Part shown: positions 1 to 12,384 of the stretch, piece by piece | Layout of the letters: each line of letters starts with the position of its first letter | How positions within the stretch are numbered: position 1 is the first letter of the stretch | NCBI RefSeq assembly: GCF_006345805.1 | Contig: NC_043013.1 | Coordinates: 9,238,001 to 9,302,000, forward strand | Direction of reading: 5' to 3' | DNA from: Octopus sinensis | Taxonomy: Eukaryota | Length of the DNA: 64,000 nt | Notes under the pieces: generated by a model | Told to the model about the DNA's origin: nothing | Databases searched by the model: none | The model's input: the letters and a program-made list of their open reading frames with translations, nothing else | Position numbers and translations under genes: made by a program

Positions 1-363
1 TAAAACAATTTAGTTATCATTCAGCTAATGTTAGGAGCATAAACTGTGACTAAGGTTTAGTGGAAAATTTTAATTCAAAACATATGAAAACAAGATATTT
101 TACCACAGAGCCAGAGGTGGTTTAGTAACAAAAGGGAACGTAAACAATTACATCTTTCTGGAGCCGTTTTTTTTTTGCTATGTATAACAAACACCAGGCG
201 AAATTATATTCGTTTTACTTTTTCATGCATTGTCAGTTTAGAACCAGAAATGTAATTTCATAACTCTAGTAATTTTTCATGGTCTCCTATCAAATAAATT
301 AGACTTCTCATGAGATCGTTATTACTTTGTGGCTAACCACTAAGGGTGGGTGTTACTGTAGCT

Positions 364-798
364 CAGTGGTTTTCAACCAGGGTTCTGCCAGTACAGTCCA
401 GGGGTTCCGCAAGAAGTTACAAAACTGTTCTTTTCCTGACGCTTGTACATTACTCTATGTACTATATATTTCTTTATTACCCACAAGGGGACAAACAAGG
501 ACAGACAAACGGATTAAGTCGATCACATCGACCCCAGTGCGTAACTGGTACTTAATTTATCGACCCCGAGAGGATGAAAGGCAAAGTCGACCTCGGCGGA
601 ATATACACTTTAGATGAGTTGTAGTGCACCTGAGCACTGTACACAATGTTTTATTATTATTTTAATAAAATCGGCAGTAATTTTTAATTTTCCTGTGCAG
701 ATATGTATGCATAGGACTTAAATTATTGCACAGGGTTCCCCGAGCCAGTGGAATGTTTCCTTGGGGTTCCGCTCCAGCAAAAAGTTTGAAAAGCACTG
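364..798. mobile_element. hAT-type MITE containing nested CR1 tail and SINE
   Basis: TIRs CAGTGGTTTTCAAC / GTTTGAAAAGCACTG and a perfect 8-bp TSD CTGTAGCT (356-363 and 799-806). Confidence 0.85.
433..662 (+). mobile_element. CR1 3' tail fragment, split by a minus-strand SINE piece (468-601)
   Basis: Matches the 3' UTR of the CR1 copies at 54478 and 57812 (gtagtgcacctgagcactgtacacaat plus (TTA)n). The insert matches the Nin/Deu-type SINE. Confidence 0.75.
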
Positions 799-1934
799 CT
801 GTAGCTTGTAGCCCCAGCCAGCTGGAGGAGATGTTCCCCTGGGGTTACAAGCCATATTGAGATGGCAAATATACCTCACATTGTCGTGCAGTTATTGTTT
901 ATACCTCGTTCAGAGATTTACTATCGTTATTATTTTATTAACAATATAATTTGTTTTCTCTTATCCAGTCATTTATTTGAAAATAATAAAGCTGTAGTAT
1001 TTAGTTGAGTCCCTCTAACATTGATTTTATTTTGATTTAATAACACAAGGAAAAATCGATTCAATCGACCTTGATGTATTATTATCTTAATCCCTCCTGG
1101 ATGATGACGACGCAGGAAGAGTGAAAAGCCAAGTCAAACCTCAACCCGTTTTGAACTTATAAACGTAACTTCCAATACTTTTTTTAAGCATAAGGTCAAC
1201 AGATGGAGCAAAGATTTAATCAAAGACAATCTACTGTTTCACTCCGACAGAGAGTTCGTTCGACAAACAGAAGAAATAAAGCTCAGTACATGAATATATT
1301 TACTTTCTCATTTTTAAACGTCAGAATTCTTTAAAACGACTCAAGAACTTGAAAGAATTGTAATTCAATCTTTGCTTGGAAATAGGTGAGAGTTAGCAAC
1401 AGGAGGGGCATCTGGTCGCAGAAAAATTTTCCTCGACGAATTCTATCTCAACCTCACAAGTATGGAAAAGTAAAAGTTAAAACAATGAGTATGATGATGT
1501 TCAAATTCTGCTGTGGTTGACTTTTAACATTTCAATTTTAATGAAATAAATATCTGTAATCTACATATTTAAATTCCATTGAGGGAACCTTTTCTTATAA
1601 AAAAAATATGCTTTACTACTTCAGTGAAAAAAAAATTGATGCAAACTAAATTCCAATTACCTCCCTTTAGTTAACAGTAAATGAGAAATGTACATCTATA
1701 ATACTGTTTTCTAATATAGGCACAATGCCAGCAATTTTTTTGCAGTGGGGTGGAACTAGTTGATTACATAACCCCAGAATTTGACTGTCCTTATTATATC
1801 AACCTCTAAAGGATGAAAAGCAAAGCTGATTTGAATTCAGAATGAAAAGAGCTAGAAAACATATCGCAAGTCTCTTTTTCCTACACACTAATCATTCTGC
1901 AAATCCACCCCCATTTGAGGATTACATTGATCCT

Positions 1935-2270
1935 TTTTTATCACCCATTATCCCTTGGAGTGTTGTGAGGGTAGAGTCCTAAACACTTCCTCTATAGGGT
2001 CCATCATTAAACATTCTTGCTGGATTTCCAAGAGTGAGCAACTGAGACTACAGATACCATCTTTTTTGGTTTACCTTTGGTCTCCATCTTATCATCTTTT
2101 CCAACAGCTTTCTAACCATATATCCATAGTACTAGAGCTGTGATCTCTCAATGCAGAGCAGTAGCAGCTCAACCTAGAGTGACTCCTTGATTTCCAAGCT
2201 ACTCATGCTGTTAAGTAACATTATTCCAAAGACCCGTTGGAGAAACCCCATTTCAGTCACTTGCATGCAA
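1935..2270 (-). mobile_element. Degenerate RTE-clade LINE, C-terminal fragment (Rex3/Expander-like)
   Basis: Minus-strand translation QVTEMGFLQRVFGIMLLNSMSSLEIKESL*VELLLLCIERSQL*YYG resembles the RTE thumb/C-terminal region. Contains stops. Confidence 0.6.
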
Positions 2271-2350
2271 CGATAAAAAGAATAACATTATCAATAATCA
2301 TTTGTGAATTCATTTTGCAAGATTCTTGATGTGAAATCGTGTGTTGAAAC

Positions 2351-2590
2351 AGATGACTTTCGGAAACATTTTTTCACGCGAAGAGTTGCATCCTTCAAAA
2401 CTTCCATGCTTCCTGAGATTCGCCAACACTACACCTGATTTTCTCCCCTCCATACACACACAAGCATGTATCTGACTCATACACTGTTCACTTCCCAGAC
2501 ATTTGTACATTACTGCATATGCTTTATATGCACTTTTTGACAAGTTGTGGTGCACCTGAGCACTATATACAATAATTTCATTATTATTAT
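2351..2590 (+). mobile_element. CR1 3' fragment
   Basis: HDFRKHFF-coding segment, shared 3' UTR and (TTA)n tail, with an internal deletion. Confidence 0.85.
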
Positions 2591-2593
2591 ATA

Positions 2594-2943
2594 GTTATAT
2601 TTTGGGATGGTCATTTTTTTCCTTACCAAATAAACACTATATACATGTTCTTCACTAAATTATTATTGTTCCTATTTTATCTTATGTCCATTGTCTAGAA
2701 GTCTTTTGTCACACATCTGTGACCTCTTCATCGACTCTTCCATCCCATGTGTCTTTTCCTGTTCTGTTTAGTCCATTCTGTCTTTCTCTGATGGGACTGA
2801 AGAGGTCACTGATATGTTACAAAAAATTTCCAGACAATGGACATAAAATAAGATAGGAACAATAATAAACAAGTGAAGAATGAATGTATAGTGCATGTGT
2901 TTATTTAGCAAGGAGAAAAAAAATGACCATCCCAAAATATAAC
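2594..2943. mobile_element. Long inverted repeat, Penelope-like terminal-repeat pair
   Basis: Arms 2594-2730 and 2798-2943 are reverse complements (gttatattttgggatggtca.../...tgaccatcccaaaatataac). Each arm has a hammerhead-like remnant, (C)TGAAGA-G-GTCAC...GT(G/T)AC-aaaa. Confidence 0.6.
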
Positions 2944-3142
2944 AATATTATCAATAACCCTTATCATCATATTTTGTATTTCCACTTTTTCTATGCTGGC
3001 TGAAGTTGAATGGATCCGTCTCAACACAGCATCTCTCCACTTGTCACAGTCCTTCATCATTATCTTTATAAGGCTCAACATCTTCAGTCCTCATTTCACC
3101 ACTTCTTCAGCCATCTTTTTCTGTAGGCTCTTTTCACCTTTA

Positions 3143-3421
3143 TCGGAAACATTTTTTCATGCTAAGAGTTGCTGAAGCATAGAACAAACTGTCGGCATCA
3201 GTTGTTAGTTGTCAGAGCACTGCATCCTTCAAAACTTCCATGCTTCCTGAGATTCACCAACACTACACCTGATTTTCTCCCCTCCATACACACACAAGCA
3301 TGTATCTGACTCATACACTGTTCACTTTCCAGACATTTGTACATTACTGCATATACTTTATACACACTTTTTGACAAGTTGTGGTGCACCTGAGCACTGT
3401 ATACAATAATTTCATTATTAT
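3143..3421 (+). mobile_element. CR1 3' fragment
   Basis: Same family as 2351-2590 and 57812-58538, with a (TTA)n tail. Confidence 0.85.
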
Positions 3422-3870
3422 TTTTTTATACATAGTTGAGCACCTTTTCAATTACCTATGATTCTTCATATACATTACATGTCCATCCATACAAGTGCAG
3501 TCTTCTTTCCTGCACAATGTGGCTGATACCATTGCTAACCATTTTCTCTTCTTAGTACACGTATGCTCCATCATTCAAATATGTGTTCCTTATACATTAG
3601 TGAATATATACGCCATTCATTTGCAACAAAAATATATTCATTCAAGTTAATCAGATGTGAAGATGCATGCCCTCCTTGTAACTTTCTAAGCCAAGGTCCT
3701 ACTGCAAATTACCTAGTATGAAAATCTCTACTATTCACCAATATCTTCTTAATCATGTCTCCTCTCAGTTAAAAGATGTTCCAGGTTTTCCATGTTTCAA
3801 ATCTTTTGGAGTTCATGATGCTTCCCTTCAATGTGAAACAGTTTATTTCCTTATTAAAACTTCTTCTGTT

Positions 3871-3893
3871 TCATCATCATAATCATCGTTGTC

Positions 3894-3925
<32 letters not shown>

Positions 3926-4165
3926 TGACATCATCGTCATCACTATCACCACAACCACCACCATCATCATCATTATCATCGTCATCATCATCATCATTGA
4001 CATCATCATCATCACCATCGTCACCGTCACCACCACCACTACCACCATCATCATCATCATCCATTCTGGCATGGATCAGACAGTTTAACAGGATCTGCCA
4101 AACTGCATCAGGCTCCAATGTCAGCTTTGTCATGGTTTCTACAGCTGGATACCCTTCCTAACACC
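3871..4165 (-). mobile_element. RTE 3' tail copy with expanded (GAT)n tail
   Basis: Reverse complement of the 3' end of the RTE at 43562-45455. An imperfect (CAT)n run of about 190 nt generates the poly-D and poly-M ORFs in the track. Confidence 0.7.
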
Positions 4166-4854
4166 AAGAATACCCTTAAAAAGTTCATCCTAAATGTGCA
4201 TGTAGGAGATGGATCTGAAAAGGGACTTAATAAGCATTTCTATTATTGATTCAGGGTCACAAATTTGAGAGTAGCAAACAGTCATTTAATTCATCTCCAG
4301 TACTTCTGGGACCCATAAAATAAGCACCAAGTACTTATTTTGCTGACCCCAGAAGGATGTAAGGGTCAAGGCAACTACGACAGGATTTGAACTCAGAATG
4401 TGCAGAGACATGTCAACAGAAACATTAAATTCTTTATTGGCTGGGACAGCTGGTCTTGATCTACTTTTATCCTATTCTCATAGAGCTGAGACAAATTTCA
4501 TTGCTTACCAGATGCTAGCTTATGAAAAATTAAAATCACATTTCCAAGATTGATAAATGTTATGCCTAAGGGATTGTTTTTCTAAAAGCAAGTGATTCTC
4601 CTGCAGCTGTCTTATAAGAAATATGGCACCATTGAGCTCAAGTCCTTGTGTAGTCTGAAATACTTATCTCTGCTTCACTCTGTCTCTGAAGAAATGAAAG
4701 AGAAGATCAAAGCTGTAAAGTGAGAAAATAGAGAATGATAATATAGCATAGAAAACAGATTTCATTTCATCTGATTTAAGACAGAGCTTTCATTGATCCC
4801 CAGATAGGAAATTTGTAGGTGTTGTACGAAGGTATGCATTTTGGAAAAGGAGTA

Positions 4855-5180
4855 AAAGGGTAAAGGGTAAAGACCCCCTTCAGTCATGAATGACCATGGA
4901 GTTGCACCTAGAAAGTTCCTGTCTGTGACACAAGTCTGGGCAAGGTTGTTTATGGAAGACCAGCAGTCGCCCATGCATACCAGCCTCCCTTCTCTGTGCC
5001 GCTAATGTTATCCAAGGGAAAAGCAAACACTGATACAGCTAATACGTTGCTGAGTGAACAAGAGTAACATGAAATAAAGTGTCTTGCTCAAGAACATAAC
5101 ACACAACCAAGTCTACGAATTGAACTCACTACCTCATGATTAAGAGCCCAACACTCTAACCACTGAGCCATGTGCCTGTA
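4855..5180 (-). mobile_element. tRNA-derived SINE, family B (other copies 17385-17680 minus, 28375-28715 plus)
   Basis: tRNA-like head with B box (ttcaattc/ttcgattc), central gtgttcttgagcaagacact domain and tacccttt tail. Confidence 0.75.
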
Positions 5181-5566
5181 GAGTTCATATAAACAACTGC
5201 CTAACATTTTACTGGTATTCCAGGTTGCCAGCAGGCAGAATCAATAGCACACCGGGCAAAATGCTTAGTGGCATTTTGTCCATCTTTATGTTCTGAGTTC
5301 AAATTCCACTAAAGTTGGCTTTGCCTTTCATTTTTTTCAGGGTCAAAGAATTAAGTACCAGTTGAGCACTAGGGTCAATGTAATATACTTACCACTACCT
5401 TAAAATTTTTTTAAATGCATATTTTACCTGTGAATTTGCATGTGTAATCTGGGAATGCATACAATGAGCTTCTCTGCCCTAGGTGTACAGAAAACACTCG
5501 GCAAGAAATGGAAGAAAATTTGAAGAAAGAAGGAAGATAATAATAATAATAATAATAATAATAATA

Positions 5567-5920
5567 GGAATACGAAAAGCTTTCTCACTATAAAGATCTG
5601 CAAATTGAAATCACAAAATTGTGGAAGCTTAGTACTATGATAATACCAGTAGTAATTGGTGCGTTGGGAATGATAAAGAAGGGAGCTGAGAAGTGTATTA
5701 AACAACTCCCTTTTAACTCCAATCTCTGTGAACTACAAAAGATAACCTTGATGGGTACAGCCCATATAGTAGGGAAAGCACTCTCCATCTAAAATGGAAT
5801 AAATGTGGTGTTAATTTTAGCATGCATAGCAAAACAAAAGTGCCCTTGCTACTCTTGGCCTCTGAAGTATGCCCAGTACTAAGGCAGCTGAAATAAAGTT
5901 ATAATGAAAGGAAACCATAA
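5567..5920 (+). mobile_element. R4/Dong-clade (RLE) non-LTR retrotransposon, 3' fragment
   Basis: Open frame 5568-5792: EYEKLSHYKDLQIEITKLWKLSTMIIPVVIGALGMIKKG...ELQKITLMGTAHIVGKALSI*, typical of a restriction-like endonuclease C-terminus. (TAA)n on both sides. Confidence 0.8.
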
Positions 5921-6227
5921 ATAATAGTAATAATAATAATAATTCTTTCTACTAAAGGCACAAGGTTTGAAATTTTGCGAGAAGGGGCAATTGAGTACAT
6001 CGACTCCTGGGTTCAGCTGGTACTTATTTTATCGACCCTGTAAATATAAAAGGTAAAGTTGACTTTGGTGGAATTTGAACTCTGAATGTAAAGACAGATG
6101 AAATGCCACTGAGCATTTTGCCTAGCATGCTAACAATTCTGCCAGATCACCACCTTGATGATGATGATGATGATGATAAAAATGATGATAATAATAATAA
6201 TAATAATAATAATAAAATAATAATAAA

Positions 6228-6782
6228 TGCCCTGATGCAGTACCAGGCAGTGGCTCTCATGGCTTCTGATCTTAACTGATTGGAAGTTAAGTCATGTACA
6301 TTGTTTTGTCTTGGTATAAAAGATGGGCTACAGCAAATATTCTGCTCAATACCACAGATTTGCTTGTCAGTTGTTTGACCTTAACCAGTTGACCATGTCC
6401 TTTACTGGCTGACGATATGTGCATCTCTGATCATGAGCAGAAGTAGTGGGGGAGCATCATAGCCATGTGTTGAGAGGGATTCTTTGGGGTTTGAATAATT
6501 CACCTCTGGAAACATGGGTGTTTCGTTCAACGTCCTTAAACAACCCTTATTCAGGGACCTTTTGAGCGGGATGGGTTACTCAACCAGAAGAAAATTCTAA
6601 CTGGGCCCCACCTGCAAGGTCATGTGCTGTTTATCTTGATATGAGATCACCATGTCGTGCACATATGGTTGTGATGCATGTGCCTAGTGTACCCTTATCA
6701 GATGGGTAGTCATGATGGGTATACTGGGCTTTGTATATTTTACCCCAGTGTCACTTTGATGGCATGCACTGCTCTCTCACTC

Positions 6783-6815
<33 letters not shown>
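6228..6815 (+). mobile_element. Unclassified non-LTR 3' repeat with (AAT)n tail (partial copies 7476-7655 minus, 54172-54420 plus)
   Basis: Near-identical sequence at three loci, ending ctctctcactcaataataat. No coding signal. Confidence 0.7.
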
Positions 6816-6818
<3 letters not shown>

Positions 6819-7082
6819 TATGGTAATAATAATAATGGTTTCAAATTTTGCCACAAGGGCAGCAGTTTGGCGGGAGGGGAAGAGTCGATTACATCGACCC
6901 CAGTGTTCAACTGGTACTTATTTTATCAACCCTGAAAGGACGAAAGGTGAAGTCAAACTTGGTGGAATTTGAACTCAGAATGTAAAGACATGAAACGCTG
7001 CTAAGCGTTTTGCTTAACATGCTAACAATTCTGCCAGCTCATCACTTTAATAAGAACAATAATAATAATAATGATGATGATA

Positions 7083-7117
<35 letters not shown>

Positions 7118-7140
7118 CATAATAATAATAATAATAATAA

Positions 7141-7440
7141 AACAACCATGACAATTTAAAGTGGGAAATACAAAGGTTATAGTCAATGAAGAGAGTAGAT
7201 GTGATACCTATAGTAATTGGTACACTTGGAGGGATCAGCACTCAACTACCAGCATGGCTGAAAAAGATCAGTGCAAGTGTGAAGGTGAAACACCCACAAA
7301 AATCTGCATTGCTTGGAACTGCAAGGATTCTTCGCAGGGTTCTTGAAGTACGACCAGTAAACAAGTGTCACCTTAGTCTGCTGGCTGTGGACAGCTGATA
7401 CTTTCCATCATACCCAGCAAAATAAGCTGTGAGTTTTCAT
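7141..7440 (+). mobile_element. R4/Dong-clade 3' fragment, second family
   Basis: HDNLKWEIQRL*SMKRVDVIPIVIGTLGGIS...PQKSALLGTARILRRVLEV, flanked by (AAT)n tracts. Confidence 0.8.
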
Positions 7441-8112
7441 ATAATAGTAATAGAATATCAATAATAATAATAATAGTAAGGTCATGCTCTGTTTCTCTTG
7501 ATATGAGATCACCATGTCACCCACATATAGTAGTGATGCATGTGCCTGGTGTACTCTTATCGGACAGGTAGTCACGATGGGTATATTGGGCTTCACATAT
7601 TTGTACCCCAGTGTCAGTTTGATGGCATGCGCTACTCTCTCACTCACTAATAATAATCTTCTCTACTATAGGAACAAGGCCTGAAATTCTGGAGGAAGGG
7701 CCCAGTTGATTAGATCAATCCCAGTGCTTGACTGGTAGTTATTCTATCAACCCCCAAATAAAAATAATAATGATGATGATGATGATGGTTTCTTTTATTT
7801 GCCACGAAAGTATCAGATGAGGTGGACATTTCGAGGACATTTTACAATTTGTGTGGGTGTGGGTGTATAGTGGGAGGGTTTTAGATAAACTGATGAGTTT
7901 AAACTGATGAGTAGAAGAAAGAGAAAGAAAGGCACAGGCATGGTTATATAGGTGTAGGTGTGGCTGTGTGTTGAGAAGTTTGCTTCCCAACCACATGGTT
8001 CTGAGTTCAGTCCCACTGTGTGGACACATGAGCAAGTGTTTTCTACTAACGCCTCAGACCAACCAATGCTTTGTGAGTGGATTTAGCAGATGGAAACTGA
8101 GAGAAGCCCATC

Positions 8113-8143
<31 letters not shown>

Positions 8144-8146
<3 letters not shown>

Positions 8147-8344
8147 AGAGTTCACGGAAAAAACAAAAGACGAAGACTGGTGGTGTATAAAACAAACAAA
8201 TGTATTAGTATAACGCTCAGGAATAGAAAGAGTCTTTTACGTTTCGAGCCTACGCTCTTCTACAGAAAGGGACACAGAAAAAAAACAATGAGAGATACAT
8301 GGAGAGAAAAAAATGTGTAGTGGCTACTGATCTATCATGGCGAC
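8144..8344 (-). mobile_element. Penelope-like terminal repeat inserted in a (TA)n tract (related partial copy 10960-11085)
   Basis: Flanked by (TA)n on both sides and contains a minimal hammerhead fold at 8232-8273. Shares acggaaa..aacaaaagacgaag with the 11-kb copy. Confidence 0.6.
8232..8273 (-). ncRNA. Minimal type I hammerhead-like ribozyme motif
   Basis: GUC-CC-UUU CUGUAGA A GAGC-GUAG-GCUC GAAAC GUA AAA-GAC: helix I, core, helix II, GAAA, palindromic ACGU and a GUA cleavage triplet. A6 is replaced by U. Confidence 0.6.
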
Positions 8345-8384
8345 ATATATATATATATGTATGTATGTATATATATATACAGGA

Positions 8385-9290
8385 AAAAAATTAATGTTCC
8401 AGTCTGCACCAGAAAATCCATATGTGGAATGAGCTATCTTAGTCGAAGAAACTATACTGAAAGTGATAGGCGAGTTTGTCTACCTGGGCAGCACACTCAG
8501 CCGTTCTTGCTCCCTGGATGATGAAATATCTTTCAGGCTGCAGAGCAACTGATTCCTTCCATTCTCCTGAGTCTCATGTCGGTCCCAGCGTGGCATCACA
8601 AGGCAAACAAAAATTGCTGTGTACCAAGCATGTGTACTGACATCACTCTTTTACTCATGTGAGACATAGACTCTTTACAAACGTCATGTAAAGGTCTTTT
8701 GAACGCTTTCATCAGAGATGTCTGAGACACATTCTGAATGTTGGCTGGACCTTAAAAACTCCAGACACACAGGTCCTGAGGAAAGCTGATATCTTAAGTA
8801 TTGAGGTGATGTTGCACAGGCACCGGTTACGTTGGACTGGACACCTTATTAGAATGAAGGATAGCAGGATCCCTAAACAGATGTTATATGGGGAACTTGT
8901 AAATGGAAAGAGACCTCAGTAGAAACCAAGGCTGCAATTTAAGGGCTGGGTCAAGTCCTCATTAAAGGCCTGTGATATACAGGAGACCGACTGGAAGAGC
9001 AATGCCTGTCATCGCCACAGATGGAGGAAGCAGGTTAAGGAGGTGGTCAACAACTTTGAAAGAGCTTGTATTCTGCATGAAGAATTTAAGCATGCTGCTC
9101 GAAAGTGTGCTGCTAGCGTAGTGAACGGGGAAAGCTTGGTTTGCAATGTTGGCAGTTGTGTATGCTTGTCAAGAGCAGGGCTCATTAGCCATCAACAGAG
9201 TGACAAATGCAAAATATAAGTTAGTCCTGGAGTGCACAATGTTCCTAAAGGTCAGCAATGATCTTCTTTGGTAACGAGAGGACGGCCATC
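8385..9290 (+). mobile_element. Degenerate RTE (BovB-like) LINE, 3' portion
   Basis: EFVYLGSTLSRSCSLDDEISFRL...TKIAVYQACVLTSLFYSCET*TLY...RWTGHLIRMKDSRIPKQMLYGEL, plus a terminal zinc-finger-like CLSRAGLISHQ. Contains stops and frameshifts. Confidence 0.85.
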
Positions 9291-9602
9291 ATATGTAAGT
9301 AGAGAGTGTTTGAAGTGATGTTCAGATATTGTATATTGTGTGTGTGTGTGTGTGTTTGTCCCCTACTACTGCTTAACAACCAGTTTTGGGGTGTTTACTT
9401 CCCTGTAACTTAGCAGTTTGGCAAAAGAGACAAACAGAATAAGTACCAGACTTAAAAAGAAAAAAAAAGGACTGGGACTAAAATTCCTCAAGGCGATGCC
9501 CCTGCATGGCCAAAGTCTAATAAATGAAACAAGGGAAAATCAAAGAAAAATAAAATAAAAGAGAGCATTCAATATATGTGTAAACATGAATGATGTTTGT
9601 TT

Positions 9603-9897
9603 CCTTCTCAAGCCACGCCTGGCTCATAAGGGCCGGTTTCCTGGTTTCCTTGGCGTATAGGTTCCTCACCTGGACGGAACGCCAGTCTGTCGCAGGTGAG
9701 CTGCAAGATGCAGGAAGAAAGAGTCAGAGAAAGTTGTGGCGAAAGAGTTAGCAGAAGTTCACCATTACCTTCTGCCAGAGCTGCATGGAACTTAAGTGTT
9801 TCGCTCATAAACACACACATTGCCCGGTCTGAGATTCGAATCCATGATCCCTCGACCGCAAGTCCGTTGCTCTAACCATTAGGTCATGTGCCTCCAG
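9603..9897 (-). mobile_element. tRNA-derived SINE with V/Meta-like domain
   Basis: tRNA head shared with the copies at 19417 and 57264, then cctgcgacagactggcgttccgtccagg. Confidence 0.7.
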
Positions 9898-9899
9898 CA

Positions 9900-10530
9900 T
9901 GAATGATGTGGTCCTCCAGATTCAGATAGCCTCCATCCAGAGTCAATCAAGGAACTTCACAGATCCAGGAACCCCTAACAACCAAGGGCACATGCTTTTG
10001 CCTGACTGTTGCTCTTCAGTTTGCAGGTGCATGCTTAATGTAGATTCATCCACCCAAGCCATATTTCGACAAATTCCCTGGAAGAAAAGCACTTCCCTCT
10101 CCACCATCATTTTCTTTTCCAAGTGGACCTTGAACATTCATTGAAGGCTTCACCAAAGAGACGGGTTTGAGCCCTCACTCTGTTCAGCTTCATCCATTGC
10201 ACCATACCTACTAAACAGAGAAACACTGCCTGCCCACTTTTTTAAAGGTGAGTGTTGGGGTAATCCTCACAATTGATAATCAAATTTGTTCTGCATATGG
10301 TAACAGCTGTGCATACAATATGATTTAATTGCTTTGCAAACATCCCTGACAGTCATGCCTGGAGGCTTTTCCATGCCTGTAGAGTTTATCTTGAAATGGA
10401 CGTGCCTCTCAGTAGCACCGTTGGGTCAGGAATTTCTGAGAGTTATCCATAATATGTTTATGGCCCCAAAGTTCTCTAAGTATCTTCTATTAGAGCACTT
10501 GAACAACCAATCCCTTGAGAGTAAATTTGG
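9900..10530 (-). mobile_element. Degenerate L1/Tx1-clade LINE, 3' end
   Basis: MDNSQKFLTQRCY*EARPFQDKLYRHGKASRHDCQGCLQSN (zinc knuckle remnant)...GQAVFLCLVGMV...FKVHLEKKMMVEREVL...STLSMHL. Family assignment is from recalled similarity. Confidence 0.65.
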
Positions 10531-11180
10531 TGGATGGGAACTGTGTGAAACCCCTTGTATATGTATATGTATGCATGCATGTGTGTGTGTCATTGCATTT
10601 GTCCCTCTCCTACTGCTCAACAACTAATGTTGGTTTGTTTACATCCCTTTAACTTTGCAGTTCAACAAGAGCCTCCAACAGAATAAGTAGCAAACTTTAA
10701 AAACAAGTACTGTGGTCATTTTGTCTGACTAAAACTTTTCAAGGTGGTGCTCTAGCAATGCCAAAGTCCAATGACTGAAACATAATTTAAGATACTGTTT
10801 CATTTTCTAACCTCTATCTAGACGTTAGTTAGTTTTCCACAGTAAAAGAACAGAGGTTCATAATTTCTGTCATCATATTTACAGCTTAATCAAATATCAT
10901 TATTCCTCTCAGATTGGTTGAGATCGACAGTTTTGGACTTTGAGGAACTTCAGGATATGTTTTTCGGTCTTTCGTGTTTTTGTTTGTTTGTTTTATTTTA
11001 AAGTGAAGCAAACACCTGCCTTCGTCTTTTGTTTATTTCCGTAAACCTGCCTTCGTCTTTTGTCTATTTTCATAAAGCTTCCCGTTATATATATATATAT
11101 ATAGATAGATATATACGTATATCTATATATATATGTTGGTGGTGGCTAATATCTAAATCTATCTATCTATCTATCTATCC

Positions 11181-11234
<54 letters not shown>

Positions 11235-12270
11235 TATATATATATTATATACACACACATGCATACATACAGATATTTATTCATACGTGCACACACACAT
11301 ACATACATACATACATATACACACACACACACATTTATATAACCATAAACGCTTCTCTGCTTTAAAAAAGACATACAAGGGATCGCGTCACACCAGTTCG
11401 ATGAATAAAAAAAATATGGAATACTTTACGAAAAACAAACAAACAAAAAAAAAAGGAAAGAAAATAGGTTAATATATATATAATATTGATTTCTTTATTT
11501 GGCCCAAATTTTTAAGGGTTGCTATCGTTGATAAACTCATGTTAAGGATATTTTATCGCCCCTGATGTAATGACCGGTTAAGTTGACCTCGGCAAGAATT
11601 AGAAAATTGGGTCGCGTTTTACTGAATTTAAATTTAGTGGAAAATATAATAGTTTCGGTTCTGTAACCATCTTTGCCAAGAATACAGCTGTAAAGTTAAT
11701 TTCGTCACATTTGCAATTGGAAAGACGCAGTTGCAATCGGAAGGAGACATAGCAAGTAATAGGAATGACATAAAACGAATGAGGATGAGAGAGAGAGGGG
11801 GGGGAAGAAGGAGAGACGGAGAGGGAGAGAGAGATAAAGAGAGAGGGGGAGATTGTAAGAAGCGAGAAGGAGGTAAATAGAGAGTAAAATGATAAAGAAT
11901 AAAGGACAGAGAGAGAGAGAGTAAGTGAGTGAGTGAGATATTTTTTTAAGAAAGGGAGGCTGACAAAGAGTAAGAAAGGCAGTGAAATATTGTTAGAAAG
12001 GGTGTTAGGCAGATAGAGGGAGTGACAGAGAGTAAAAGAAAAAGGATAGAGAACGGAGAATAGAGAGGGGGAGAAAGATTGTAATAAGCGAGAGTGGGGG
12101 GAAGACAGAAGGTGTGACAGAGAGTAAATATAGATAAATGAGGGGAAAATAGAGAGAGATACTGTAAGACGGGGACGTAGAGAGAGAGAGAGAGAGAGAG
12201 AGGGCGTGACAAGGAGTGAAAAGATAAGGAAGACAAGAAGAGAAGGAAATATAATTAGAGATAAGGTGCG

Positions 12271-12384
12271 TGACGTAAGGGAGGTAACTCGTAAGAAGGC
12301 CAGGCTAGCTTTGTGTCTATTTCAATTGACAATTGTAGCGTGAGCCTGTTTATATCATTTCTTACTGACGCCACAAATATAAAA
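12271..12384 (+). promoter_or_regulatory. Putative glutaredoxin proximal promoter (CRE-like motifs, TATA-like box)
   Basis: TGACGTAA (12271-12278), TGACGCCA (12366-12373) and TATAAAA (12378-12384), about 420-530 nt upstream of the ATG in CpG-retaining unique sequence. Confidence 0.35.

Noticed and set aside
4509-4685. 177-nt minus-strand segment with good splice sites
   Set aside because: Early stops in all three frames.
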